This document shows, one piece after another, positions 42,201-55,952 of a stretch of DNA of 64,000 nucleotides; position 1 is the first letter of the stretch, and every line of letters starts with the position of its first letter. The notes under the pieces were generated by a model, which was given only the letters and a program-made list of their open reading frames with translations, made no database searches and was not told the DNA's origin. Source of the DNA: the human T2T-CHM13v2.0 reference genome, Homo sapiens; NCBI RefSeq assembly GCF_009914755.1, contig NC_060933.1; one strand, 5' to 3'. A program made the translations under genes and the position numbers.

Positions 42201-45200
42201 TATTCCAGTGGAATGGAAAGGAATGGAATCAACCAGAGTGGAAAGGAAGGGAATGGAATGGAATGGAAACTAATAGAATGGAATCAACCCGAGAGGAATG
42301 GAATGGAAAGGACTGGAATGGAATGGAATGGAATGGAATGGAATCAACTCAATTGTAATGGAATGGAATGGAATGGAATGGAATGGAATGGAATGGAATG
42401 GAATTAACCCGAATACAATGCAATGGAATGGAATGGAACGGAATGGAGTGGAATGGAATGGAATCAACCCGAGTGCAGGGGAATGGAATGGAATGGAATG
42501 CAATGGAATGGAATCATCCGGAATGGAATGGAATGGAATGGAATGCAAAGCAATGGAATCAACTCGATTGCAATGGAATGGAATGGAATGGAAAGGAATA
42601 CATTGGAATCAACCCGAGTGGAATGGAATGGAAAGGACTGGAATGGAGTGGAATTGAATGGAATGGAATGGAATGGAATCAACTCGATTGGAATGGAATG
42701 GAATGGAATGGAATGGAATGGAATTAACCCGAATAGAATGGAATGGAATGGAATGGAACGGAACGGAACGGAATGGAATGGAATGGAATGGAATGGAATG
42801 GAATGGAATGGAATCAACGCGAGTGCAGGGGAATGGAATGGAATGGAATGCAATGGAATGGAATCTTCCGGAATGGAATGGAATGAAATGGAATGGAATG
42901 GAATGGAATGGAATAAACCCGAGTGCAATGGAATGGAGTGGAATGGAATGGAATGGAATGGAACAACCCGAATGGAATGGAATGGAATGGAATGGAATGC
43001 AATGGATTCAACTCGATTGCAATGGAATGGAATAGAATGGAATGGAATGCAATGGGATGGAATTAACCGGTATGGAATTGAATGGAATGGAATGGAATGC
43101 AATGGAATGGAATCAACCCGAGTTCAATGGAATGGAGAGGAATGGAATGGAATGGAATGGAAACTACCCGAATGGAATGGAATGTAATGGAGTGTAAGGG
43201 AATTGAATAGAATCAATCCGAATGTAATGGAATGGAATGGAACGCAATGGAATGGAATGGAATGGAATGGAATTCAATGGAATGGAATGCAATGGAATGG
43301 AATCAACCCGAGTGCAATCGAATGGAATCGAATGGAATGGAATGCAATGGAATGGATTCAACTTGAATGGAATGGAAAGAATGGAATCAACACGAGTGGA
43401 ATGGCATGGATTGGAATGGAAAGGAATGGAATCAACCCGAGTATAGGGGAATGGAATGGAATGGAATGCAATGGAATGGAATCATCCGTAATGGAATGGA
43501 AAGGAATGGAATGGAATGGAATGGAATGGAATGGAATGGAATCAACTCGATTGCAATCGAAAGGAATGGAATGGAATTAACCCGAATAGAATGGAATGGA
43601 AAAGAATGGAACGGAACGGAATGGAATGGAATGGAATGGAACGGAAAGGAAGGGAATGGAATGAAATAGAATGGAATGGAATGGAATCAACGCGAGTGCA
43701 GAGGAATGCAATGGAATGGAATGCAATGGAATGGAATCTTCCGGAATGGAATGGAATGGAATGGAATGGAATGGAATGGAATGGAATCAACCCGAGTGCA
43801 ATGGAATGGAGTGGAATGGAATGGAATGGAATGGAACAACCCAAATGGAATGGAATGTAATGGAGAGTAAGGGAGTTGAATAGAATCAATCCGAATATAA
43901 TGGAATGGAATGGAACGGAATGGAATTGAATGGAATGGAATGGAATGCAATGGAATGGAATCAACCCGAGTGCAATGGAATGGAGAGGAATGGAATGGAA
44001 TGGAATGGAATCTACCCGAATGGAATGGAATTTAATGGAGTGTAAGGGAATTGAATAGAATCAATCCGAATGTAATGGAATGGAATGGAACAGAATGGAA
44101 TGGAATGGAATGGAATGCAATGGAATGGAATCAACCCGAGTGCAATAGAATGGAATCGAATGGAATGGAATGCAATGGAATGGATTCAACTTGAATGGAA
44201 TGGAAAGAATGGAATCAACACGAGTGGAATGGCATGGATTGGAATGGAATGGAATGGAATCAACCCGAGTACAGGGGAATGGAATGGAATGGAATGCAAT
44301 GGAATGGAATCATCCGTAATGGAATGCAAAGGAATGGAATGGAATGGAATGGAATGGAATGGAATGGAATGGAATCAACTCGATTGCAATCGAATGGAAT
44401 GGAATGGAATTAACACGAATAGAATGGAATGGAATGGAATGGAACGGAACGGAATGGAATGGAATGGAATGGAATGGAATGGAACGGAACGGAACGGAAT
44501 GGAATGGAATGGAATGGAATGGAATGGAATCAACGCGAGTGCAGGGGAATGGAATGGAATGGAATGCAATGGAATGGAATCTTCCGGAATGGAATGGAAT
44601 TTAATGGAATGGAATGGAATGGAATGGAATGAAATGGAATGGAATGGAATCAACGCGATTGCAGGGGAATGGAATGGAATGGAATGCAATGGAATGGAAT
44701 CTTCAGGAATGAAATGGAATGGAATGGAATGGAATGGAATAAACCCGAGTGCAATGGAATGGAGTGGAATGGAATGGAATGCAATGGAACAACCCGAATG
44801 GAATGGAATGTAATGGAGAGTAAGGGAGTTGAATAGAATCAATCCGAATATAATGGAATGGAATGGAACGGAATGGAATTGAATGGAATGGAATGGAATG
44901 CAATAGAATGGAATCAACCCGAGTGCAATGGAATGGAGAGGAATGGAATGGAATGGAATGAAAACTACCCGAATGGAATGGAATGTAATGGAGTGTAAGG
45001 GAATTGAAAAGAATCAATCCGAATGTAATGGAATGGAATGGAACGGAATGGAAGGGAATGGAATGGAATGGAATGGAATGCAATGGAATGGAATCAACCC
45101 GAGTGCAATCGAATGGAATCGAATGGAATGGAATGCAATGGAATGGATTCAACTTGAATGGAATGGAAAGAATGCAATCAACACGAGTGGAATGGCATGG

Positions 45201-48200
45201 ATTGGAATGGAATGGAATGGAGTCAACCCGAGTACAGGGGAATGGAATGGAATGGAATGCAATGGAATGCAATCATGTGTAATGGAATGGAAAGGAATGG
45301 AATGGAATGGAATGGAATGGAATGGAATGGAATCAACTCGATTGCAATCGAATGGAATGGAATGGAATTAACCCGAATAGAATGGAATGGAATGGAATGG
45401 AACGGAATGGAATGGAATGGAATGGAATGGAATGGAACGGAATGGAATGGAATGGAATGGAATGGAATCAACGCGAGTGCAGGGCAATGGAATGGAATGG
45501 AATGAAATGGAATGGAATCTTCCGGAATGGAATGGAATGGAATGGAATGGAATGAAATGCACTGGATTCAACTCGATTGCAATGGAATGGAATAGAATGG
45601 AATGGAATGGAATGGAATGGAATTAATCCGAATAGAATGGAATGGAATGGAATGGAACGGAATGGAACGGAATGGAATGGAATGGAATGGAATGGAACGG
45701 TATGGAATGGAGTGGAATGGTACGGAATAGAATGGAATGGAACGATTTGTAATGGAATGGAATTGAATGGAATGGAATGGAATGGAATGGAATCAACGCG
45801 AGTGCAGGGGAATGTAATGGAACGGAATGCAATGGAATGGAATCATCCGGAATGGAATGGAATAGAATGGAATGGAATGGAATGGAATGGAATGGAATGG
45901 AATCAACCCGAGTGCAATTGAATGGAGTGGAATGGAATGGAATGGAACAACCCCAATGGAATGGAATGTAATGGAGAGTAAGGGAGTTGAATAGAATCAA
46001 TCCGAATGTAATGGAATGGAATGCAACGGAATGGAATGGAATGGAATGCAATGGAATGCAATGGAATGGAATCAACCCGAGTACAATGGAATGGAATGGA
46101 ATGGAATGGAATGGAATGGAATAGAATGGAATGGAATGGAATGATACGGAATAGAATGGAATGGAACGAATTGGAATGTAATGGAATGGAATGGAATGGA
46201 ATGGAATGGAATCTTTCCGAGTGGAATAGGAGGGAATGTATTCGAGTGGAATGGAAAGGAATGGAATCAACCAGAGTGGAATGGAAGGGAATGGAATGGA
46301 ATGGAATGCAATGCAATAGAATGGAATCAACCCGAGTGCAATCGAATGGAATCAAATGGAATGGAATGCAATGGAATGGATTCAACTTGAATGGAAAGGA
46401 AAGAATGGAATCAACACGAGTGGAATGGCATGGATTGGAATGGAATGGAATGGAATCAACCCGAGTACAGGGGAATGTAATGGAATGGAATGCAATGGAA
46501 TGGAATCATCAGTAATGGAATGGAAAGGAATGGAAAGGACTGGAATGGAATGGAATGGAATGGAATGGAATGGAATCAACTCGATTGCAATCGAATGTAA
46601 TGGAATGGAATTAACCCGAATAGAATGGAATGGAATGGAATGGAACGGAACGGAATGGAATGGAATGGAACGGAAAGGAATGGAATGGAATGGAATGGAA
46701 CGGAATGGAATGGAATGGATTCAACGCGAGTGCAGGGGAATGGAATGGAATCGAATGGAATGGAAAGGAATGGAATGGAATCAACCCGAGTGCAGGGGAA
46801 CGTAATGGAACTGAATGCAATGGAATGGAATCATCCGGAATGGAATGGAATGGAATGGAATGGAATCAACCCGAGTGCAATGGAATGGAGTGGAATGGAA
46901 TGGAAAGGAATGGAACAACCCGAATGGAATGGAATGTAATGGAGAGTAAGGGAGTTGAAAAGAATCAATCCGAATGTAATGGAATGGAATGGAACGTAAA
47001 GGAATGGAATGGAATGGAATAGAATGCAATGGAAAGGAATCAACCCGAGTACAATGGAATGGAATGGAATGGAATGGAATGGAATGGAATGGAATGCAAT
47101 GGAATGGAATCTTCCGGAATTGAATGGAATGGAATGGAATAGAATGGAATGGAATCAACTCGATTGGAATGGAATGGAATGGAATTAACCCGAATAGAAT
47201 GGAATGGAATGGAATGGAACGGAACGGAACGGAATGGAATGGAATGGAATGGAATGGAATGGAATGGAATGGAATCAACCCGACTGCAGGGGAATGGAAT
47301 GGAATGGAATGCAATGGAATGGATTCATCTTGAATGGAATGGAAAGAATGGAATCAACACGAGTGGAATGGCATGGATTAGAATGGAATGGAATGGAATC
47401 AACCAGAGTATAGGGGAATGGAATGGAATGGAATGCAATGGAATGGAATCATCCGTAATGGAATGGAAAGGAATGGAATCGAATGGAATGGAATGGAATG
47501 GAATGGAATGGAATCAACTCGATTGCAATCGAATGGAATGGAATGGAATTAACCCGAATAGAATGGAATGGAATGGAATGGAACGGAACGGAATGGAATG
47601 GAATGGAATGGAATGGAATGGAACGGAAAGGAAGGGAATGGAATGGAATAGAATGGAATGGAATGGAATCAACGCGAGTGCAGGGGAATGGAATGGAATG
47701 GAATGCAATGGAATGGAATCTTCCGGAATGGAATGGAATGGAATGGAATGGAATGGAATGGAATCAACCCGAGTGCAATGGAATGGAGTGGAATGGAATG
47801 GAATGGAATGGAACAACCCGAATTGAATGGAATATAATGGAGACTAAGGGAGTTGAATAGAATCAATCCGAATGTAATGGAATGGAATGGAACGGAATGG
47901 ATTTGAATGGAATGGAATGGAATGCAATGGAATGGAATCAACCCGAGTGCAATGGAATGGAGAGGAATGGAATGGAATAGAATGGAAACTACCCGAATGG
48001 AATGGAATGTAATGGAGTGTAAAGGAATTGAATAGAATCAATCCGAATGTAATGGAATGGAATGGAACGGAATGGAATGGAATGGAATGGAATGCAATGG
48101 AATGGAATCAACCCGAGTGCAATCGAATGGAATCGAATGGAATGGAATGCAATGGAATGGATTCAACTTGAATGGAATGGAAAGAATGGAATCAACACGA
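33250..48200 (+). repeat. Older dispersed paralogy: approx. 33250-34830 with 45510-47120 (offset ~12.25 kb) and approx. 35830-36600 with 47400-48180 (offset ~11.58 kb)
   Basis: Shared rare variants: GCACTGG (33299/45559), CAACCCCAAT (33683/45948), CAAAT (34118/46353), CAACCAGAGTATAGG (35834/47400), GGATTTGAAT (36318/47899). Confidence 0.75.
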
Positions 48201-50490
48201 GTGGAATGGCATGGATTGGAATGGAATGGAATGGAATCAACCCTAGTACAGGGGAATGGAATGGAATGGAATGCAATGGAATGGAATCATCCGTAATGGA
48301 ATGGAAAGGAATGGAATGGAATGGAATGGAATGGAATGGAATGGAATGGAATGGAATCAACTCGATTGCAATCGAATGGAATGGAATGGAATTAACCCGA
48401 ATAGAATGGAATGGAATGGAATGGAATGGAACGGAATGGAATGGAATGGAATGCAATGGAACGGAACGGAATGGAATGGAATGGAATGGAATGGAATGGA
48501 ATGGAATCAGCGCGAGTGCAGGGGAATGGAATGGAATGGAATGCAATGGAATGGAATCTTCCGGAATGGAATGGAATGGAATGGAATGGAATGAAATGCA
48601 ATGGATTCAACTCGATTGCAATGGAATGGAATAGAATGGAATGGAATGGAATGGAAAGGAATTAATTCGAATAGAATGGAATGGAATGGAATGGAACGGA
48701 ATGGAACGGAATGGAATGGAATGGAATGCAATGAAATGGTACGGAATAGAATGGAATGGAACGAATTGTAATGGAATGGAATTGAATTGAATTGAATGGA
48801 ATCAACGCGAGTGCAGGGGAATGTAATGGAACGGAATGCAATGGAATGGAATCATCCGGAATGGAATGGAATGGAATGGAATGGAATGGAATGGAATGGA
48901 ATCAACCCGAGTGCAATGGAATGGAGTGGAATGGAATGGAATGGAACAACCCGAATGGAATGAAATGTAATGGAGAGTAAGGGAGTTGAATAGAATCAAT
49001 CCGAATGTAATGGAATGGAATGCAACGGAATGGAATGGAATGGAATGGAATTAACCCGAATACAATGGAATGGAATGGAATGGAATGGAATGGAGTGGAA
49101 TGGAATGGAATCAACCCGAGTGGAGGGGAATGGAATGGAATGGAATGCAATGGAATGGAATCATCCGGAATGGAATGGAATGGAATGGAATGGAATGCAA
49201 AGCAATGGAATCAACTCGATTGCAATGGAATGCAATGGAATTTAAAGGAATACATTGGAATCAACCCGAGTGGAATGGAATGGAAAGGACTGGAATGGAG
49301 TGGAATGGAATGGAATGGAATGGAATGGAATCAACTCGATTGGAATGGAATGGAATGGAATTAACCCGAATAGAATGGAATGGAATGGAATGGAAAGGAA
49401 CGGAACGGAATGGAATGGAATGGAATGGAATGGAATGGAATGGAATCCACCCGACTGCAGGGGAATGGAATGGAATGGAATGCAATGGAATGGATACATC
49501 TTGAATGGAATGGAAAGAATGGAATCAACACGAGTGGAATGGCATGGATTGGAATGGAATGGAATGGAATCAACCCGAGTACAGGGGAATGGAATGGAAT
49601 GGAATGCAATGGAATGGAATCATCCGTAATGGAATGGAAAGGAATGGAAAGGAATGGAATGGAATGGAATGGAATGGAATGGAATGGAATCAACTCGATT
49701 GCAATCGAATGGAATGGAATGGAATTAACCCGAATAGAATGGAATGGAGTGGAATGGAATGGAACGGAATGGAATGGAATGGAATGGAATGGAATGGAAT
49801 GGAACGGAAAGGAATGGAATGGAATGGAATGGAATGGAATGGAATGGAATCAACGCGAGTGCAGGGGAATGGAATGGAATGGAATGCAGGGGAATGGAAT
49901 GGAATGGAATGCAATGGAATGGAATCTTCCGGAATGGAATGGAATGGAATGGAATGGAATGGAATGGAATGGAATGGAATAAACCCGAGTGCAATGGAAT
50001 GGAGTGGAATGGAATGGAATGGAATGGAACAACCCGAACGGAATGGAATGTAATGGAGAGGAAGGGAGTTGAATAGAATCAATCCGAATGTAATGGAATG
50101 GAATGGAACGGAACGGAATTGAATGGAATGGAATGGAATGCAATGGAATGGAATCAACCCGAGTGCAATGAAATGGAGAGGAATGGAATGGAATGGAATG
50201 GAAACTACCCGAATGGAATGGAATGTAATGGAGTGTAAGGGAATTGAATAGAATCAATCCGAATGTAATGTAATGGAATGGAATGGAATGGAATGGAATG
50301 GAATGGAATGCAATGGAATGGAATCAACCCGAGTGCAATCGAATGGAATCGAATGGAATGGAATGCAATGGAATGGATTCAACTTGAATGGAATGGAAAG
50401 AATGGAATCAACACGAGTGGAAGGGCATGGATTGGAATGCAATGGAATGGAATCAACCCGAGTACAGGGGAATGGAATGGAATGGAATGC

Positions 50491-53155
50491 AATGGAATGG
50501 AATCATCCGTAATGGAATGGAAAGGAATGGAATGGAATGTAATGGAATGGAATGGAATGGAATGGAATCAACACGATTGCAATCGAATGGAATGGAATGG
50601 AATTAACCCGAACAGAATGGAATGGAATGGAATGGAACGGAACGGAATGGAATGGAATGGAATGGAATGGAATGGAACGGAACGGAATGGAATGGAATGG
50701 AATGGAATGGAATCAAAGCGAGTGCAGGGGTATGGAATGGAATGGAATGTAATGGAATGGAATCTTCCGGAATGGAATGTAATGGAATGGAATGGAATGA
50801 AAGGCAATGGATTCAACTCGATTGCAATGGAATGGAATAGAATGGAATGGAATGGAATGGAATGGAATGCAATTGAATGGAATGGAATGCCTTCAAACCG
50901 AATGGAATGGAAAGGAATGGAATCAACACGAGTGGAAAAGAATGGAATGGAAAGGACTGGAATGGAATGGAATGGAATGGAATGGAATGGAATGGAATCA
51001 ACTCGATTGTAATGGAATGGAATGGAATGGAATGGAATGGAATGGAATTAACACGAATAAAATTGAATGGAATGGAATGGAACGGAATGGAGTGGAATGG
51101 AATGGAATCAACCCGAGTGCAGGGGAATGGAATGGAATGGAATGCAATGGAATGGAATCATCCGGAATGGAATGGAATGGAATGGAATGCAAAGCAGTGG
51201 AATCAACTCGATTGCAATGGAATGGAATGGAATTGAAAGGAATAGAATGGAATCAACCCGAGTGTAATGGAATGGAAAGGACTGGAATGGAGTGGAATGG
51301 AATGGAATGGAATGGAATGGAATCAACTCGATTGGAATGGAATGGAATGGAATGGAATGGAATGGAATGGAATTAACCCGAATAGAATGGAATGGAATGG
51401 AATGGAACGGAATGGAATGGAATGGAATGGAATGGAATGGAATGGAATGGAATCAACCCGACTGCAGGGGAATGGAATGGAATGGAACGGAATGGAATGG
51501 AATGGAATGGAATCAACTCGATTGCAATGGAATGGAATGGAATGGAATGGAATGGAATGGAATGGAATGGAATGGAATTGAATGGAATCGAATTCACCCG
51601 AATAGAATGGAATGGAATGGAATGGAAAGGAATGGAAGGGAAGGAAATGGAATGTAATCAACCCGAGTGCAGGGGAATGGAATGGAACGGAATGCAATGG
51701 AATGGAATCATCCGGAATGGAATGGAATGGAATGGAATGGAATGGAATGGTATCAACCCGAGTGCAGGGGAATGTAATGGAACGGAATGCAATGGAATGG
51801 TATCATCCGGAATGGAATGGAATGGAATGGAATGGAATGGAATGGAATGGAATCAACCCGAGTGCAATGGAATGGAGTGGAATGGAATGGAATGGAATGG
51901 AACAACCCGAATGGAATGGAATGTAATGGAGAGTAAGGGAGTTGAATAGAATCAATCCGAATGTAATGGAATGGAATGCAACGGAATGGAATGGAATGGA
52001 ATGCAATGGAATGGAATGGAATGGAATGCAAAGGAATGGAATCAACCCGAGTGGAATGGAATCGAATGGATTGCAATGGATTGGAATGGAATGGAATCAA
52101 CTCGAGTGGAGAGGAATGGAATGGAATGGAAAGGAATGGAATGAAGTCAACTCCAGTGGAATGGAATGGAATGGAATGGATTGGAATGGATTGCAATGGA
52201 ATGAAATGGAATGGAATGGAATGGAATCAATCATTCCGAGTGGAATGGAAGGGAATGTAATGGAGTGGAAAGAAGGGAATGGAATCAACCCGAGTGGAAT
52301 GCAAGGCAATGGAATGGAATGGAAAGGAATGGAATGGAATCAACTCGATTGCAATGGAATGGAATGGAATGGAATGGAATGGAATGGAATTAACCGGAAT
52401 AGAATGGAATGGAATGGAATGGAATGGAACGGAATGGAACGGAATGGAATGGAATGGAATGGAATGGAATGCCATGGAATTGAATCAACCCGAGTACAAT
52501 GGAATGGAATGGAATGGAATGGAATGGAATGGAATGGAATGGAATGGAATGGAATGGAATCGTTCTGAGTGGAATAGGAGGGAATGTATTCGAGTCGAAT
52601 GGAAAGGAATGGAAAAAACCTGAGTGGAATGGAAGGGAATGGAATGGAATGGAAACTAATAGAATGGAATCAACCCGAGAGGAATGGAATGGAAATGACT
52701 GGAATGGAATGGAATGGAATGGAATTAACTCGATTGTAATGGAATGGAATGGAATGGAATGGAATGGAATTAACCGGAATAGAATGGAATGGAATGGAAT
52801 GGAACGGAATGGAATGGAATGGAAGGGAATGGAATCAACACGAGTGCAGGGGAATGGAATGGAATGGAATGCAATGGAATGGAATCATCCGGAATGGAAT
52901 GGAATGGAATGGAATAAACTCCATTGCAATGAAATGGAATGGAATGGAATGGAATAGAATGGAATGGAATTAACCCGAATAGAAAGGAATGCAATAGAAT
53001 GGAATGCGACGGAACCTAATGGAGTGGAATGGAATGGAATGGAATCAACCCGAGTACAGGGGAATGGAAAGGAATGGAAAGCAATGGAATGGAGTCATCT
53101 GTAATGGAATGGAAAGGAATGGAATGGAATGGAATGGAATGGAATGGAATGGAAT
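50491..53155 (+). repeat. Copy A of ~2.7-kb tandem duplication
   Basis: ORF pairs at offset 2772 (50552/53324), then 2797 (51612/54409). Differences seen: one 25-bp indel and one SNV (CTCCAG vs CTCGAG). Confidence 0.92.
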
Positions 53156-53262
53156 TAACCCGAATAGAATGGAATGGAATGGAATGGAACGGAATGGAAT
53201 GGAATGGAATGGAATGGAATGGAATGGAATGGAATCAACCCGACTGCAGGGGAATGGAATGG

Positions 53263-55952
53263 AATGGAATGGAATCATCCGTAATGGAATGGAAAGGAAT
53301 GGAATGGAATGTAATGGAATGGAATGGAATGGAATGGAATCAACACGATTGCAATCGAATGGAATGGAATGGAATTAACCCGAACAGAATGGAATGGAAT
53401 GGAATGGAACGGAACGGAATGGAATGGAATGGAATGGAATGGAATGGAACGGAACGGAATGGAATGGAATGGAATGGAATGGAATCAAAGCGAGTGCAGG
53501 GGTATGGAATGGAATGGAATGTAATGGAATGGAATCTTCCGGAATGGAATGTAATGGAATGGAATGGAATGAAAGGCAATGGATTCAACTCGATTGCAAT
53601 GGAATGGAATAGAATGGAATGGAATGGAATGGAATGGAATGCAATTGAATGGAATGGAATGCCTTCAAACCGAATGGAATGGAAAGGAATGGAATCAACA
53701 CGAGTGGAAAAGAATGGAATGGAAAGGACTGGAATGGAATGGAATGGAATGGAATGGAATGGAATGGAATCAACTCGATTGTAATGGAATGGAATGGAAT
53801 GGAATGGAATGGAATGGAATTAACACGAATAAAATTGAATGGAATGGAATGGAACGGAATGGAGTGGAATGGAATGGAATCAACCCGAGTGCAGGGGAAT
53901 GGAATGGAATGGAATGCAATGGAATGGAATCATCCGGAATGGAATGGAATGGAATGGAATGCAAAGCAGTGGAATCAACTCGATTGCAATGGAATGGAAT
54001 GGAATTGAAAGGAATAGAATGGAATCAACCCGAGTGTAATGGAATGGAAAGGACTGGAATGGAGTGGAATGGAATGGAATGGAATGGAATGGAATCAACT
54101 CGATTGGAATGGAATGGAATGGAATGGAATGGAATGGAATGGAATTAACCCGAATAGAATGGAATGGAATGGAATGGAACGGAATGGAATGGAATGGAAT
54201 GGAATGGAATGGAATGGAATGGAATCAACCCGACTGCAGGGGAATGGAATGGAATGGAATGGAATGGAATGGAATCATCCGGAACGGAATGGAATGGAAT
54301 GGAATGGAATCAACTCGATTGCAATGGAATGGAATGGAATGGAATGGAATGGAATGGAATGGAATGGAATGGAATTGAATGGAATCGAATTCACCCGAAT
54401 AGAATGGAATGGAATGGAATGGAAAGGAATGGAAGGGAAGGAAATGGAATGTAATCAACCCGAGTGCAGGGGAATGGAATGGAACGGAATGCAATGGAAT
54501 GGAATCATCCGGAATGGAATGGAATGGAATGGAATGGAATGGAATGGTATCAACCCGAGTGCAGGGGAATGTAATGGAACGGAATGCAATGGAATGGTAT
54601 CATCCGGAATGGAATGGAATGGAATGGAATGGAATGGAATGGAATGGAATCAACCCGAGTGCAATGGAATGGAGTGGAATGGAATGGAATGGAATGGAAC
54701 AACCCGAATGGAATGGAATGTAATGGAGAGTAAGGGAGTTGAATAGAATCAATCCGAATGTAATGGAATGGAATGCAACGGAATGGAATGGAATGGAATG
54801 CAATGGAATGGAATGGAATGGAATGCAAAGGAATGGAATCAACCCGAGTGGAATGGAATCGAATGGATTGCAATGGATTGGAATGGAATGGAATCAACTC
54901 GAGTGGAGAGGAATGGAATGGAATGGAAAGGAATGGAATGAAGTCAACTCGAGTGGAATGGAATGGAATGGAATGGATTGGAATGGATTGCAATGGAATG
55001 AAATGGAATGGAATGGAATGGAATCAATCATTCCGAGTGGAATGGAAGGGAATGTAATGGAGTGGAAAGAAGGGAATGGAATCAACCCGAGTGGAATGCA
55101 AGGCAATGGAATGGAATGGAAAGGAATGGAATGGAATCAACTCGATTGCAATGGAATGGAATGGAATGGAATGGAATGGAATGGAATTAACCGGAATAGA
55201 ATGGAATGGAATGGAATGGAATGGAACGGAATGGAACGGAATGGAATGGAATGGAATGGAATGGAATGCCATGGAATTGAATCAACCCGAGTACAATGGA
55301 ATGGAATGGAATGGAATGGAATGGAATGGAATGGAATGGAATGGAATGGAATGGAATCGTTCTGAGTGGAATAGGAGGGAATGTATTCGAGTCGAATGGA
55401 AAGGAATGGAAAAAACCTGAGTGGAATGGAAGGGAATGGAATGGAATGGAAACTAATAGAATGGAATCAACCCGAGAGGAATGGAATGGAAATGACTGGA
55501 ATGGAATGGAATGGAATGGAATTAACTCGATTGTAATGGAATGGAATGGAATGGAATGGAATGGAATTAACCGGAATAGAATGGAATGGAATGGAATGGA
55601 ACGGAATGGAATGGAATGGAAGGGAATGGAATCAACACGAGTGCAGGGGAATGGAATGGAATGGAATGCAATGGAATGGAATCATCCGGAATGGAATGGA
55701 ATGGAATGGAATAAACTCCATTGCAATGAAATGGAATGGAATGGAATGGAATAGAATGGAATGGAATTAACCCGAATAGAAAGGAATGCAATAGAATGGA
55801 ATGCGACGGAACCTAATGGAGTGGAATGGAATGGAATGGAATCAACCCGAGTACAGGGGAATGGAAAGGAATGGAAAGCAATGGAATGGAGTCATCTGTA
55901 ATGGAATGGAAAGGAATGGAATGGAATGGAATGGAATGGAATGGAATGGAAT
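53263..55952 (+). repeat. Copy B of ~2.7-kb tandem duplication
   Basis: Shares private words GAAAGGCAAT, GAATTCACCCG, GGAAAAAACC and GCGACGGAACCTAAT with copy A. Confidence 0.92.
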
